From assembly GCA_963695855.1 (NCBI GenBank), contig CAVOHZ010000010.1, positions 32,001 through 96,000 of the forward strand: DNA of 64,000 bases, in the 5' to 3' direction. How positions within the stretch are numbered: the first letter of the stretch is position 1; every line of letters begins with the position of its first letter. Below the pieces are notes generated by a model that did no database searches, was not told where the DNA came from, and was given only the letters and a program-made list of their open reading frames with translations. The stretch comes from an uncultured Nitrososphaerales archaeon (GTDB lineage Archaea > Thermoproteota > Nitrososphaeria > Nitrososphaerales > Nitrososphaeraceae). This document shows positions 21,347-33,699 of this stretch, piece by piece. The translations under genes and the position numbers were made by a program.

Positions 21347-23940
21347 TTATTTGGTAAATGTTGCAGTTAATGCAGCCATATTACCAGAGTTAAATTGAAC
21401 AGGTCCATTCCCGTCATTATAGATTGCAAGTCCATTGATTCTTGATATACTAGTACTTTGTCCAGATATAGGATTTATTCCATTCATGTTACCATCTAGC
21501 TCTACATTGAATAATGCCTGATTCGTGCTCAAGTCTTGTATTTTTACCGGTTTGACTAATACTCCATCATTATTATTACCAGCTTTATCAATAAACAGTA
21601 ATGCAAGTTTTATACTACCACTATTTGGCATGTTAAGTGTGACACTTCCATCACTAATTCTACAGGGATCAAAATCAGCAAGTATTCTAATTCCTTTGGG
21701 ATTTATTTTTCCATTTAATGGTACAGTTTCTGTTTGAGTAGGACATGTATTTTTATTGCCAATTATAACGTATTCTTTGTCTGTATCATCATCATTATCT
21801 CTGTAAATTACCTTAGTTTTATGTATGACTTTGACCTTTCTATCATTATTGTCGTTGAAATGCTTCTTTGATTGTTGTGGTGGTCCTCCTGTTGTTTTTG
21901 CTGGAGTTACCTTACCCGCTTCGGTGCCTGTTGTTTTTGCTGGAGTTGCCTTACCCGCTTCGGTGCCTGTTGTTTTTGCTGGAGTTGCCTTACCCGCTTC
22001 GGTGCCTGTTGTTTTTGCTGGAGTTGCCTTACCCGCTTCGGTGCCTGTTGTTTTTGCTGGAGTTGCCTTACCCGCTTCGGTGCCTGTTGTTTTTGCTGGA
22101 GTTGTTGTTACACTTTTTGCCAAGGCATCCTTATTAGCAGCATCCTGTTTGGCTGCATCCAGCTGGGCCTGCAGCCCTGCTATCTGGCCCTGTAATACAG
22201 CTTTGGCTACTGGATCTGTATTCTGGGCTTGTGCAATCTGGGCATTTTTCAGTGCAGCGTCCAGACCGGTTACAACAGCCTTGGCATCCTCAGCTGCCTT
22301 CACCTTATCTTCTACTCCACCTGCTGGCGTTGTTGTTGCTGGCGTTGTTGTTTTACCTCCACCGCCACCACCTGTTGTTGTTGTTGCTGGCGTTGTTGTT
22401 TTACCTCCACCACCACCACCTGTTGTTGTTGTTGCTGGCGTTGTTGTTTTACCTCCACCGCCACCACCTGTTGTTGTTGTTGCGGCGTTGTTGTTGTACT
22501 TTTTGTCAAGGCATCCTTATTAGCAGCATCCTGTTTGGCTGCATCCAGCTGAGCCTGCAGCCCTGCTATCTGGCCCTGTAATACAGCTTTGGCTACTGGA
22601 TCTGTATTCTGGGCTTGTGCAATCTGGGCATTTTTCAGTGCAGCGTCCAGATTGGTTACAACAGCCTTGGCATCCTCAGCTGCCTTCACCTTATCTTCTA
22701 CTCCACCTGCTGGTGTTGTTGTTGCTGGCGTTGTTGTTGTAGCTCCTCCACCACCACCTGTTGTTGTTGTTGCTGGCGTTGTTGTTTTACCTCCACCGCC
22801 ACCACCTGTTGTTGTTGTTGCTGGCGTTGTTGTTGTACTTTTTGTCAAGGCATCCTTATTAGCAGCATCCTGTTTGGCTGCATCCAGCTGAGCCTGCAGC
22901 CCTGCTATCTGGCCCTGTAATACAGCTTTGGCTACTGGATCTGTATTCTGGGCTTGTGCAATCTGGGCATTTTTCAGTGCAGCGTCCAGACCGGTTACAA
23001 CAGCCTTGGCATCCTCAGCTGCCTTCACCTTATCTTCTACTCCACCTGCTGGTGTTGTTGTTGCTGGCGTTGTTGTTGTAGCTCCTCCACCACCAGGAGT
23101 GCCATAGATACCTTGTGCTCCAGCTGGTAATGAAGTCACAGCTTCTGTTGAGCCGCCAGTGGTGCTAGCTGCCTCGGTTGTACCAGTTCCCTCAGTTTGT
23201 TCTGGTGGTGTTGATGTACCTTCAGCCCCACCAGTATTTTCAGCACCAAAGAATGCAGATGCATCCTCTTCTATTGGGCTAGTGCCAGTTGTACCTTCTA
23301 TTGGGCTAGTGCCAGTTGTACCTTCTATTGGGCTAGTGCCAGTTGTACCTTCTATTGGGCTAGTGCCAGTTGTACCTTCTATTGGGCTAGTGCCAGTTGT
23401 ACCTTCTATTGGGCTAGTGCCAGTTGTACCTTCTATTGGGCTAGTGCCAGTTGTACCTTCTATTGGGCTAGTGCCAGTTGTACCTTCTATTGGGCTAGTG
23501 CCAGTTGTACCTTCTGTTGATTCACTTGCATCTGCTGAAGCTGATTCTGGTGTACCTTCATCACTACCTTCACCACCAAAGAATGAAGATGAGTCTCCTG
23601 TTGAACTACTGCTAGTGGTATCACTAGCTTCGCTTTCATCATTAGCATCATCACTTCCTTGATCACCACTTTCTTCACTTCCTTGATCACCACTTTCTTC
23701 ACTTCCTTCATCATCTCCTCCACCGCCATCATCATCATCTCCTCCACCGCCATCATCATCATCTCCTCCACCGCCATCATCATCATCAGTTGTAGCATAA
23801 ACATATTCGAAAGTAGAACTGGATGAAAAATCTAAACTACTATTCAATAATGTATTGTTTTGTAATGAACTAGCTGTAGTTAACGTTACGCAAAAAAAAG
23901 CAAACATAACTACAATTCCTATTGATATTTTGTTCCTCAA
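21347..23940 (-). CDS. Large secreted mucin-like/coiled-coil repeat protein with C-terminal globular domain (frameshift near 22485)
   Basis: Signal peptide; DDDDGGGG, EGTTGTSPI, 3 helical repeats, TPAKTTGTEAGKA repeats, C-terminal CPTQ..LADFDPC domain; repeat spacing of 386 vs 339 bp indicates a 1-nt deletion. Confidence 0.8.
21888..22101 (-). repeat. 39-bp tandem repeat x5 (TPAKTTGTEAGKA)
   Basis: Visible directly in DNA and in ORF 21347-22303. Confidence 0.9.
23268..23516 (-). repeat. 27-bp tandem repeat x9 (EGTTGTSPI)
   Basis: ttctattgggctagtgccagttgtacc repeated. Confidence 0.9.
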
Positions 23941-24217
23941 AATTGATCATAAAAATAGTCAGCATCTATAAATACTTATTTATATTAAATCGATATATTT
24001 TGATATATTATAAAATTATTATAAAAAAGTAGAGATTATTTTGAAATTTAGCTTTTGTTATAATTTGCGTCTTGAAATTACATCCCTGAAGAAAGAAATG
24101 TGCTGATTGCTGACAGTCTTTTAGATCTCTTGTATCAAACTATGGACAACATATTGTATACACAGATGGAGGGACATGGTATGATGACGCTTGCAAGATA
24201 ATTGAATTAAAACATTA

Positions 24218-25154
24218 GGTAATACCCCATAGTTTGGAACAGAAATTAGAAAGTTATCGTTATAATATCACGCTTGATTCATGCGTGAGATTAGTCCTGT
24301 AAAACTTATTGGAAGTGTGACAAAAAGTAGGGTATATTTTTATCATGCAAGATGGAAAGGAAGAAGAACATGTACAAAATGTAACTATAGATCGTTATTT
24401 TATTTTGAGAAGTATGAACGCTATGGATGCAAACGTTGTAGGTACAAATTTAGTGATTTTACTGGTACTTATATAGGAGAATTTAATTACTCTCCAGATA
24501 TAATATCTCATCTTGTTTACCTCTTTACATTAGGTGTACCTGCATACAGAATTAGATTTTATGTACCTATCAATCCGAAAACAATAGAAAGAACGTTTAG
24601 AATATTCAGACAGGCAATTTATGATTCTCTATTTGAAGAGATACGGAATCTAAAACTATCGGGTCAAATTGAAATTGATGAAGCATTGTTTGGTGCACAT
24701 CATAAAGGATGCAAACGTGGATGGGGTTCAATTGAGCACAAAAATCTGGTATTTGGTATCTACAAGAGAAATGGAATTGTTATTACATTTCCAGTATCTG
24801 ATAGGAAACACGAGACACTCATTCCCTTGATAAAACAATATACTAAAAAAGGATCGTTGTACTATTCTGATGACCATACTGTATATGCAATATTGAATAT
24901 GATTGGAAAACATCAAATAGGTACACATGGAAGAGATGAATATGTAACAGAGAAGATACCCATATTAATGCACTTGAAGGATTCTGGAGTTATGCTAATA
25001 AGACATGGTTGTATCATTACAGGGGAGAGTACCTAAACAGTATTTTCATCTATATCTGAAAGAAATAGAATTCAGATTCAATAACAGGGAATGGATATTT
25101 CTATGAATTATCAAAATTAATGATAAAATCTGGTCCAACTAAGTAGGTATTACC
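24218..25154 (+). mobile_element. IS1595-family element (transposase 24281-25036, frameshifted near the 3' end)
   Basis: TIR ggtaatacc / ggtattacc with extended imperfect match; Zn ribbon CTKC..CKRC, IEIDEALFG, YSDD; downstream EGFWSY..FHLYLKEIEFRFN. Confidence 0.9.
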
Positions 25155-25267
25155 TTAATAAAAAATAGATCAATTTATAACCTAATATTTATTAAAAATT
25201 AGTACGATATAATTCGGTATTATCTAAAATCATTGTATTTTAATATTTTTAGGTTAATGATTTTAAC

Positions 25268-26406
25268 TATACCAATTAGCATATATTTTCTAATTATCAA
25301 TTTTAGCAAGCAAATAGTTTCTCATATTCAGATTGAATCTTTTTGTTCTAAAATATGTAGATATTTTAATTAGGAAATCTGTAATTGATGGATAGTATTG
25401 CAGGACCAGAAGATCGTTTTTAGATATATTCCATATTTCTTCCAGTACCATAAATTCAGGAGATGCTGTTGGAAGATATACTGGAATCAAACTATCTTCT
25501 TTATTGTCAGCAAAATACTGCAGTACCTTTTTTGATCTGTAATGCTGTTTTGCTTTATCCAGAAACAGGTAACATTTTGGAAACTTTCTATGAATCTGTT
25601 TTAAATAATCCAGAAATGTATTTTCATCAAACCAGTCATACTGTCTGAATAACTGTTTTCCTTCCAGACTTGTGACACCAAATAAGACTGACTCCTGATG
25701 GGATCCAGTAATTCTTACTACAGGTCGTTCATCATTCTTTATCCATACTCTTCTTACAAGAGAATCATAGAAGAAGAATGATTCATCAAGTGATACTACC
25801 GTGAATCCTTCCTGCTGCTGGTGGAGATTATTGTCCAGTATCTTTCTGGCTCTTTTTTAAAACGCTCTTTTTCCTCCAAAGATGCAGTATTTACATGTAC
25901 TTTTTGAGGTACCTTCTGTTTGAATCCCCACTTGTGCATGAGTCTGTAAATATGTGTATAGTGATATTTGATTCCGCTTTTTCTGAAAATCAGATCTTGT
26001 ACCTGTTTAGTAGTCCAACCTTGTTTGTTGGTGCTAATTCATTTTTTTCTCGTATATTGTCTGTTCTGGTATATCTGGATGTCTACCGCTTTTTGGTCTA
26101 TTCTTTAATCCCTCTACTCCTTCTTGGGAAAATCTATCCAACCAGTATAATCCCCCAGGGCCTACTTCTATGTAATTCATCAGCAGCATAAGCAGGAATT
26201 ACATTTTCATATTTTTCATATTTTACTTTTATTACAAGTAGCATTCTTTCCTTTACTTGATTGATTTCCTTCTTGTATAATCTAATCAATTCAGTTTTGG
26301 AATGCAAGTAGTTACGCTACAAAATAAACACTATTGCAGATAGCTTTTACTCTATCGAATATGATAATAATAAAATCTGATTAGAAAATATAGGCTAATT
26401 GGTATA
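25268..26406 (-). mobile_element. IS630-family element, copy 1 (damaged)
   Basis: TIRs tataccaatta / taattggtata; HTH part, slippery TTTAAAAAAG, LDESFF, FLDKAKQ, YLPTASPEFMVLEEIW. Confidence 0.9.
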
Positions 26407-26757
26407 CCTGCAAAATATTCCAATAATTACCTTTTAATCTTATTCACTAAAATTAGTTAATTATCATTGATATATATTTACTTAAATTAATTTAATTTAA
26501 TTAGTAATTTAATATTGTTAATCCGATATTCATTTGATTTAAAATAAGTATCTATATATTATAAATTTTTTAATGGTTGATATTTATTCTTCATGTTATA
26601 GCGATTTTGATATTGCGGTGATTCCTTAACTTTATTTGATTACTATAAAATTATATTTATATAATTATAAGTAAAAATATTCAAGTATAATTTTAATAAA
26701 TATTTTTAATGGACAATAAATCAGAAATTATATTAACTATAAATTTCTTCAATTTGC

Positions 26758-27978
26758 ATGCAAAAGATAGAAGAATCATTTCCTAACATTTGTAACATAT
26801 TGACATTAAGGTACGATCCATCCAAGCCACAAACTAAACTAGTTAAAGATATTAGCTATGATTCAATGAAAAACAGAAGAAAGCCATACCCATCCTTTAA
26901 GGATATTGAAATACAACTTAGAAAGATCATTAAAAAAAATCTTTCAGAACTAAATCCTAATAGTGTTTCCTTAGCTCTAAGCTCTGGAGTTGACTCAAAT
27001 TTGATATTGTTCTTGCTAAGAGATGAATTTCCAAATATTAAATTAAATTGTATAACCGTCACTTTTGATGAATTCACTGAAGCAAAAGATGCTAAAAAAA
27101 TCGCAGAAAGCTATTCATCAAATTTTCATGAGGTAATCGTTGAGAACCCTCTACGAGAATTACCATATTTAATTAGCATTATTAAGGAACCTCGATGGAA
27201 TTTGTATAATTATTATTTTATAGAAAAATCAAAAGAATTTTCAAATATTCTCTTTACTGGAGATGGTGGAGATGAGGTATTTGGCGGATATTCGTTTAGG
27301 TATAAAAAATTTTTAGACCATTACGACTACAGATCAGATTGGAAAGATAACGTTCGCCTGTATCTTGAATGTCATGAAAGGGATTGGGTTCCAGATCAAA
27401 ACCTATTATTTGATTCAACATTGCAATTTGACTGGGAAAAGATATATTCTTTATTTAGACCATACTTCGATAATGATCTTGCACCTTTAGATAAGGTCTT
27501 TCTGGCTGACTATCATGGGAAGCTTATATATGACTTTGTTCCTACTCACCAGAAGTTTCTTGAACATTTTAATTTGGTAGGAATGGCACCCCTGCTTGAT
27601 CCGTCTATTATAGATATGTCTATCACAATGCCTCCCTCTTTAAAGTATAACTACTTTACAAATACAGGTAAAATCCCATTAAGAAAAATACTTGAGATAA
27701 AAGAGGAAGAGAGCATTTCTAAAAATAAGATGGGCTTTTCAATGGATCTTAAGAATCTTTGGACTAGATGGGGAAAGGAAATAGTGACTTCAACCCTGGA
27801 TAGAGGTCAAATCTTCGAAACCAACATAATCAGAAGAGACTTCTACATCAGGTCATTGAAACGGATTGAAGATACTTTAGATGTAAGATACATTAGCAAA
27901 CTATTACAACTTCTCAGTCTAGAAGTATGGTACAAAATGTTTGTGACTTTGGAAATCAGTCCTAAAAATAGGCTATAG
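26758..27978 (+). CDS. Asparagine-synthase C-terminal (ATP pyrophosphatase) domain protein lacking the glutaminase domain
   Basis: ALSSGVDS PP-loop, TGDGGDEVFGGY, APLLD, KIPLRK, KMGF; no N-terminal MCGI Ntn domain. Confidence 0.85.
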   Translation: MQKIEESFPNICNILTLRYDPSKPQTKLVKDISYDSMKNRRKPYPSFKDIEIQLRKIIKKNLSELNPNSVSLALSSGVDSNLILFLLRDEFPNIKLNCITVTFDEFTEAKDAKKIAESYSSNFHEVIVENPLRELPYLISIIKEPRWNLYNYYFIEKSKEFSNILFTGDGGDEVFGGYSFRYKKFLDHYDYRSDWKDNVRLYLECHERDWVPDQNLLFDSTLQFDWEKIYSLFRPYFDNDLAPLDKVFLADYHGKLIYDFVPTHQKFLEHFNLVGMAPLLDPSIIDMSITMPPSLKYNYFTNTGKIPLRKILEIKEEESISKNKMGFSMDLKNLWTRWGKEIVTSTLDRGQIFETNIIRRDFYIRSLKRIEDTLDVRYISKLLQLLSLEVWYKMFVTLEISPKNRL

Positions 27979-28240
27979 ATATAGTTTGGATTTTTTATAA
28001 CGGTATATTTATAAATGTGTAATCTTCATTATCATTTTTTTACGTCAAAATCATCTATTAATTATCTTTTTTTTAAATTTTCGTGATAATATTTACTCTT
28101 TCGTTAGTCAATAAATAAAATCAACAAGATTATTACAAGGTTAGCTAATCTTTTTTAATCTATGAAGATTATACTATGCTATTGTTAGTTATCTTTAAAA
28201 GTTTTAAGTACTATTTAGATTAATTTATGTATTACAGTTA

Positions 28241-29083
28241 TCAACTTTTGTTTAAACCAATGTAGCCCATCATTCTCTTTGTTTGAATTCTTCTGATGAC
28301 TTTTCTGGTTGCATTATCGAACATGCTGTTATATCCTTCTTCTTTGGGCTTGAATGATAAGTAATGATATAGCATATAAAGTGACCCTAATCTTCCAATC
28401 GGCCTTCCTGAACAAAAATATTTGGCAAATCTACCAAATACATACAGTGGATGGTATCCTAACGTTTTCATACTAGCTCCAAATTCAAAAAAATTATAAT
28501 TTGTACCTAATTCTCGTGAATGAATATATCGGGCTTGAGGTACAACCATACATTTATAATTATTTTGTATGGCAGAATAAAATAGTACACTCTCAGATCC
28601 CATTCTTTCTGGATAATAACCATGAACAGAAGTAAAGAATGAGTTACGTACAAAACGACCTGCGCCACGAGGAATATGATAATTCATCTTATCGTAGTTG
28701 CCAGAAGCAATAGCAATTGAGGAATCTGAATCCATATATCTAATTATCTTTTCACAATAATTATGTTCATATTGTGCATCATCGGGAGCAATCATATGAT
28801 ATTCTGTTGTTTCGAGCTTCAATTCTTTTGCAAGACGTAAAGCTTTATTCCAATTTTGAAGTACTCTGGCAATATTGTAGCCCATATCAGGATTGGTGAT
28901 GATATGTATATTGCTATTTCTTGTTTGAATCTGTTTTAAAATATTAGGAGTACTATCGCTAAATCCATCATCTACGACTATAATGTGTTTAGGTTTGATG
29001 CTCTGTTCAATTAAAGATGTTAGAGATGGTTCAATGATTTTTTCTGAGTTTCTACAAGTAAATATAACATTAAAATCTCCCAT
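28241..29083 (-). CDS. GT2-family glycosyltransferase
   Basis: TCRNSE..I..SL, IIVVDDGFSDST, APDD. Confidence 0.9.
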   Translation of the reverse strand: MGDFNVIFTCRNSEKIIEPSLTSLIEQSIKPKHIIVVDDGFSDSTPNILKQIQTRNSNIHIITNPDMGYNIARVLQNWNKALRLAKELKLETTEYHMIAPDDAQYEHNYCEKIIRYMDSDSSIAIASGNYDKMNYHIPRGAGRFVRNSFFTSVHGYYPERMGSESVLFYSAIQNNYKCMVVPQARYIHSRELGTNYNFFEFGASMKTLGYHPLYVFGRFAKYFCSGRPIGRLGSLYMLYHYLSFKPKEEGYNSMFDNATRKVIRRIQTKRMMGYIGLNKS

Positions 29084-29504
29084 GAAGGGATTTCGTCATA
29101 GTAATTTAAACATTTTGTGATATTATGTACTTTAAAATAATCCTATTATTAAATATTTGAGGATATTAGATTAAATATTAAGCATTTGTATTGTATAGTA
29201 TATATTTATCGTACATATTACTCCAAATTGGTTCAGCTTATTTGTATTAGAAAATAATTACTTAAATTTTTATTTAATTATTAATTATTGAAAAAATTAT
29301 TAAATTGATATTCTCAGTAAACATATACTTTTTCATTTAATTCAATATTTCTCTAAATTAAGCTCATTGTTTTAGTATTTAATTTTTATTATATTATTAC
29401 TATCAATTGTGATATCAGTATAAATAAAAATCCTATTTTTACTAGTATAATATACTAGAAGTTTTTAAAGATAACTAAATTAAGGAAGCAGATGACAATT
29501 ATAT

Positions 29505-29957
29505 ATGATTTTTACAAAAAATAGCTATATTAAAAGACGTTGGCTTGACTTTCGGAATGGTCATACGATCTATCTGGCATTTCTTTTGAATCTTGTCAAT
29601 TTTATCTTAATTGTCTACAACTTTGCTATATTAAAGATCCCACTTGTCTCAACTTTTTTGAATCTCCCATTATTTGTATTAATTTCTTTCTTAATCTATG
29701 TACCAATTGCAATCATAATTGGACATTGGCATAGACGAAATCAATATGCTGTTGAAAATGAGGCTTTATTGCAAGAGAATTGGATATGGGCATGGATAAT
29801 GCAATATGAAATAAGACTAATCAAAGGTAATACAACACCTCATGAGGATGATGTAGTACTCGAATATTTAACTAATATCCTAAAACGAACAAAAAAAGAT
29901 GACCTATTAAAATTAAAAATTGAAGATAAATATCAATTGAAAAATATTAAAGACTGA
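29505..29957 (+). CDS. Two-TM hypothetical membrane protein
   Basis: RRWLDFRNGHTIYLAF...IIIGHWHRRNQ; paralogous remnant near 37.1 kb. Confidence 0.75.
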   Translation: MIFTKNSYIKRRWLDFRNGHTIYLAFLLNLVNFILIVYNFAILKIPLVSTFLNLPLFVLISFLIYVPIAIIIGHWHRRNQYAVENEALLQENWIWAWIMQYEIRLIKGNTTPHEDDVVLEYLTNILKRTKKDDLLKLKIEDKYQLKNIKD

Positions 29958-30061
29958 TTATGTCTTCCCTTACTACATTCACCGATAAAACTAAGTAGAA
30001 TGATAAAAAGATTTTGTTAGTTGCTTATTATTGTTTTTATCAACAAACAAAATATAGGATT

Positions 30062-31206
30062 TATACCAATTAAGATAAATATTCTTACTCACCTCCAACT
30101 AGATAGTTCCTCATATCCAGATTGAATCTTTTTGTTCTGAAATATGTAGATATTTTAATTAGGAAATCTGTAATTGATGGATAGTATTGCAGGACCAGAA
30201 GATCGTTTTTAGATATATTCCATATTTCTTCCAGTACCATAAATTCAGGAGATGCTGTTGGAAGATATACTGGAATCAAACTATCTTCTTTATTGTCAGC
30301 AAAATACTGCAGTACCTTTTTTGATCTGTAATGCTGTTTTGCTTTATCCAGAAACAGGTAACATTTTGGAAACTTTCTATGAATCTGTTTTAGGTAATCT
30401 AAAAAGGTATTTTCATCAAACCAGTCATACTGTCTGAATAACTGTTGTTTTCCTTCAAGGCTTGTGGCACCAAATAAGACTGACTCCTGATGGGATCCAG
30501 TAATTCTTACTACAGGTCGTTCATCATTCTTTATCCATACTCTTCTTACAAGAGAATCATAGAAGAAAAATGATTCATCTGTAGATACTACCGTGAATCC
30601 TTCGTCGTCGAGAGTATCCAGTATCTTTCTTGCTCTTTTTTAAAACGTTCTTTTTTCTCCTTAGATGCAGTATTTACATGTACTTTTCTTGGTACCTTCT
30701 GTTTGAATCCCCATCTTCGAAGTAATGTGTAGATGTAAATCTGATGATATTGTACACCGCTTTCTCGTATTATTATATCGTTAACCTGTTTTGTGGTCCA
30801 TCCCTGTTTGCTTGATGATAGTTGGGTTTTTATCTTGTATACTATCTCTTCTGGTATATCTGGATGTCTACCACTTTTTGGTCTGTTTTTTAATCCTTCT
30901 ATACCTTCTTTCCTGTACCTCTTTAACCAATCAGAAGCCCATGGCCTACTTCTGTGCAGATCTCTTGCCACCTGTGCATAGATCCTTTTGTCATATACTA
31001 CGTTTAACACAAGCAACATTCTTTCCTTTACACCTGCATCCGATTGTCGTTTATACAGTTGTTCAAATCTTGTTCTAGAAAGATTATTGTCTCTCTCAAT
31101 CAAATGGATAAACTGTATGCTTCCTTTCTTAGCTAAATCTATTATTGTCTAAAGTGTATGAGCCTTATGTTAAATTAATGTTAGCATAATTATATTAATT
31201 GGTATA
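30062..31206 (-). mobile_element. IS630-family element, copy 2 (orfA 30588-31103 plus -1 frameshifted DDE orfB)
   Basis: Same TIRs; HTH orfA ending RFKK at TTTAAAAAAG; DESFF / DKAKQ / PTASPE. Confidence 0.92.
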
Positions 31207-31489
31207 ATTATACGTTTGAGTTTTAATTAGCTTACAGTATCTAGTACGATTTATTGAATGATTTAATCGAGTATATCTATCTTATAAGATATTTGATAAT
31301 ATGTAGCACTTATTTATACATTAATTTAGATAAATTACATTAACTAAATTATATAACTAAGTTGTCAATAATTTTGAATTTTTTTCCTAATTCCAAATTA
31401 ATATAGTAATCATATATTTAATAAATATATTAGATTTTACACTAACCTTTAAATGCATTATTTTTTGTCATTCTTACTGATATTTGTAA

Positions 31490-32437
31490 ATGACAAATTT
31501 TTTGGTAACGGGAGGATTAGGTTTTGTGGGTTCACATCTTACAGAAGAATTGTATAATGCTGGACACGATGTAACAGTGCTTGATAATCTTAGTAATGGA
31601 CATCTGAATAACTTATCTCATTTGAAAAATAAGATTACATTATATATATCGAACGTAGAACAAATTAAATCTACTATATTTAGCAATAAATTTGATGGGA
31701 TTTTTCATTTAGCTACTGCACCACGATCTTCTAGTCTTACCAATCCTTTGCAGGATATTGAGACTAATTGCAAAGGTATGATTTCAGTATTAGAATTGGC
31801 AAAAAAAGACAATGCAAAGATTGTTTTCACTAGTAATTCTGGAATTTATGGTTCAAGCAATAACAAAGATTCTATCGATGAAAATTCGCCTAATAATCCA
31901 ACAACTCCATATGATGCTAACAAACTTGTATCAGAATATTATTGCAAAATATATCATAATATCTATAATATTAATAGTGCTATAGTTAGATTCGCCACTG
32001 TTTATGGTGAGCGACAAAGGGTTAATGAATCACTAAATTGGAAACCGCTTGTAGCTACATTTGTAAAAAACGTGTTAAGGAAGGAAAATGTAATAATTAA
32101 TGGAGACGGCCAACAAACAAGAGATCTCCTTTATGTAAAAGATGCAGTTCAAGGAGTTATTAAGGCAATGGAAGGGTCTACTAATTCTGCTGATGTTTTT
32201 CTTTTATCTACAAATACGGAAACTTCTGTCAATAAGGTTTTGGGCGTGATAGAAGACTTAGTTCGAGTTAAGGCAAAGGTAGTTCATTCTGATTTTCTCA
32301 AGGGTGATATAATGAGGATGAAGTACAGTTATACCAAGGCAAGAAGAATTCTTGGGTTTAACCCTGCATATTCTCTGGAACAAGGGGTAGGACGTCTTAT
32401 AGAACATATGCAGAAGAATTCTCAGATAACCGTATAG
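31490..32437 (+). CDS. NAD-dependent nucleotide-sugar epimerase/dehydratase
   Basis: GGLGFVGSH, YDANK, GDGQQTRD. Confidence 0.93.
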   Translation: MTNFLVTGGLGFVGSHLTEELYNAGHDVTVLDNLSNGHLNNLSHLKNKITLYISNVEQIKSTIFSNKFDGIFHLATAPRSSSLTNPLQDIETNCKGMISVLELAKKDNAKIVFTSNSGIYGSSNNKDSIDENSPNNPTTPYDANKLVSEYYCKIYHNIYNINSAIVRFATVYGERQRVNESLNWKPLVATFVKNVLRKENVIINGDGQQTRDLLYVKDAVQGVIKAMEGSTNSADVFLLSTNTETSVNKVLGVIEDLVRVKAKVVHSDFLKGDIMRMKYSYTKARRILGFNPAYSLEQGVGRLIEHMQKNSQITV

Positions 32438-32466
32438 AATTTTGTATTAGGTGGATTAGTATCTCA

Positions 32467-33624
32467 TTGCGAATACTTATTTTAGGAAATTTGGCAAATG
32501 ACGGTTATTCTGTAGCAAAAGCTCTCTGGAAAATGAATGTAGACGTAGACCTGGCAGTAAATTCTTCCGATTTTGGAATGGCTTTACCTGAATGGGAAGA
32601 TGGAGATGTATCTGACACTATTGATCCTTATACTATACATAGAAATGAGATAAAAAATACCAATCTTGGAGATCGAATACGTTATTTTGACTTCCTCAAT
32701 AAAGCTCCGAGAAAAAAAAACATGGTTCCCAAACTGATTTCCAGAATTAACCTTATGAGAATGATTCGTGAATATGATATTATAGAGGCACATGTTCCCT
32801 ATGTGATCTATTCTCAATTTACTGGCGTTCCAAATGTGGTTTATGATGCTGGATGGATTAGATATTTTCCTTACGATCATGGTATTAGAGCTAAACTTGC
32901 CAGAAGAGGATATTCAAAAGCTAAAGGATTAATTATTACCAATCCAGACACATATGCAATTTCAGATACTCTACCATATTTAAATGAGAAACGAATCTAT
33001 TTCAGTCCGTTTGCTATTGATCCTCAAAAATATGTTCCTACTGATATGGAAGATTTACGTTCCAAGAACATTGCCACTAATGATGGTATTCTTCTATTTT
33101 CACCTTCTCGACAGCATTGGTTTGAGAAGGGAAATGATAAAATGATCAAGGCATTTGCAAGATTCGTAAAAGTATTTCCTAATTCTAAATTGGTCATGGT
33201 TGACTGGAGTACTGATGCACAAAAGAGCAAAGATTTAGTAGATTCGCTAAATATTTCTAAAAAAGTTAACTGGATAAAACCAGTTGCAAAAAAACAACTA
33301 ATAGGATATTATAATGCAGCAGATATTATTTTGGATCAGTTTATTCTTGGTAGTTGGGGAACCACTACTCCTGAGGCAATGTCTTGTCAAAAACCTGTCC
33401 TTATGTTTTATAAAGAGGAATATATTAAACGAGCATTCGGGGAAAATCCTCCTATTTTAAACTCCTTTAACGAGCAAGATATTTTCTCGAATCTTGTAAA
33501 ATTGGCAAAGGATCCTGACTTCAGAATTTTATTGGGAAGAAGGAGTAGAGAATGGATAATGAAGACACATTCTCCAGATATTGTTGCAAAAAAACATTTA
33601 GAAATAATCAATCAATGCTTATAG
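32467..33624 (+). CDS. GT4-family glycosyltransferase
   Basis: KGNDKMI, ADIILDQF..GSWGTTTPEAMSCQKPV. Confidence 0.9.
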   Translation: MRILILGNLANDGYSVAKALWKMNVDVDLAVNSSDFGMALPEWEDGDVSDTIDPYTIHRNEIKNTNLGDRIRYFDFLNKAPRKKNMVPKLISRINLMRMIREYDIIEAHVPYVIYSQFTGVPNVVYDAGWIRYFPYDHGIRAKLARRGYSKAKGLIITNPDTYAISDTLPYLNEKRIYFSPFAIDPQKYVPTDMEDLRSKNIATNDGILLFSPSRQHWFEKGNDKMIKAFARFVKVFPNSKLVMVDWSTDAQKSKDLVDSLNISKKVNWIKPVAKKQLIGYYNAADIILDQFILGSWGTTTPEAMSCQKPVLMFYKEEYIKRAFGENPPILNSFNEQDIFSNLVKLAKDPDFRILLGRRSREWIMKTHSPDIVAKKHLEIINQCL

Positions 33625-33699
33625 TAATTTATTCATTGATCATTCTTTAATTTTTTAATTATATCATTTTTTAACTTTAATCCATTTTATTTTTCTTAT

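Noticed and set aside
21825-23804. Cys-, Leu-, Val- and Met-rich ORFs overlapping the mucin-like gene, and the poly-Gln tail of ORF 22312-23940
   Set aside because: Shadow frames of low-complexity repeats; the poly-Gln tail results from the 1-nt deletion near 22485.
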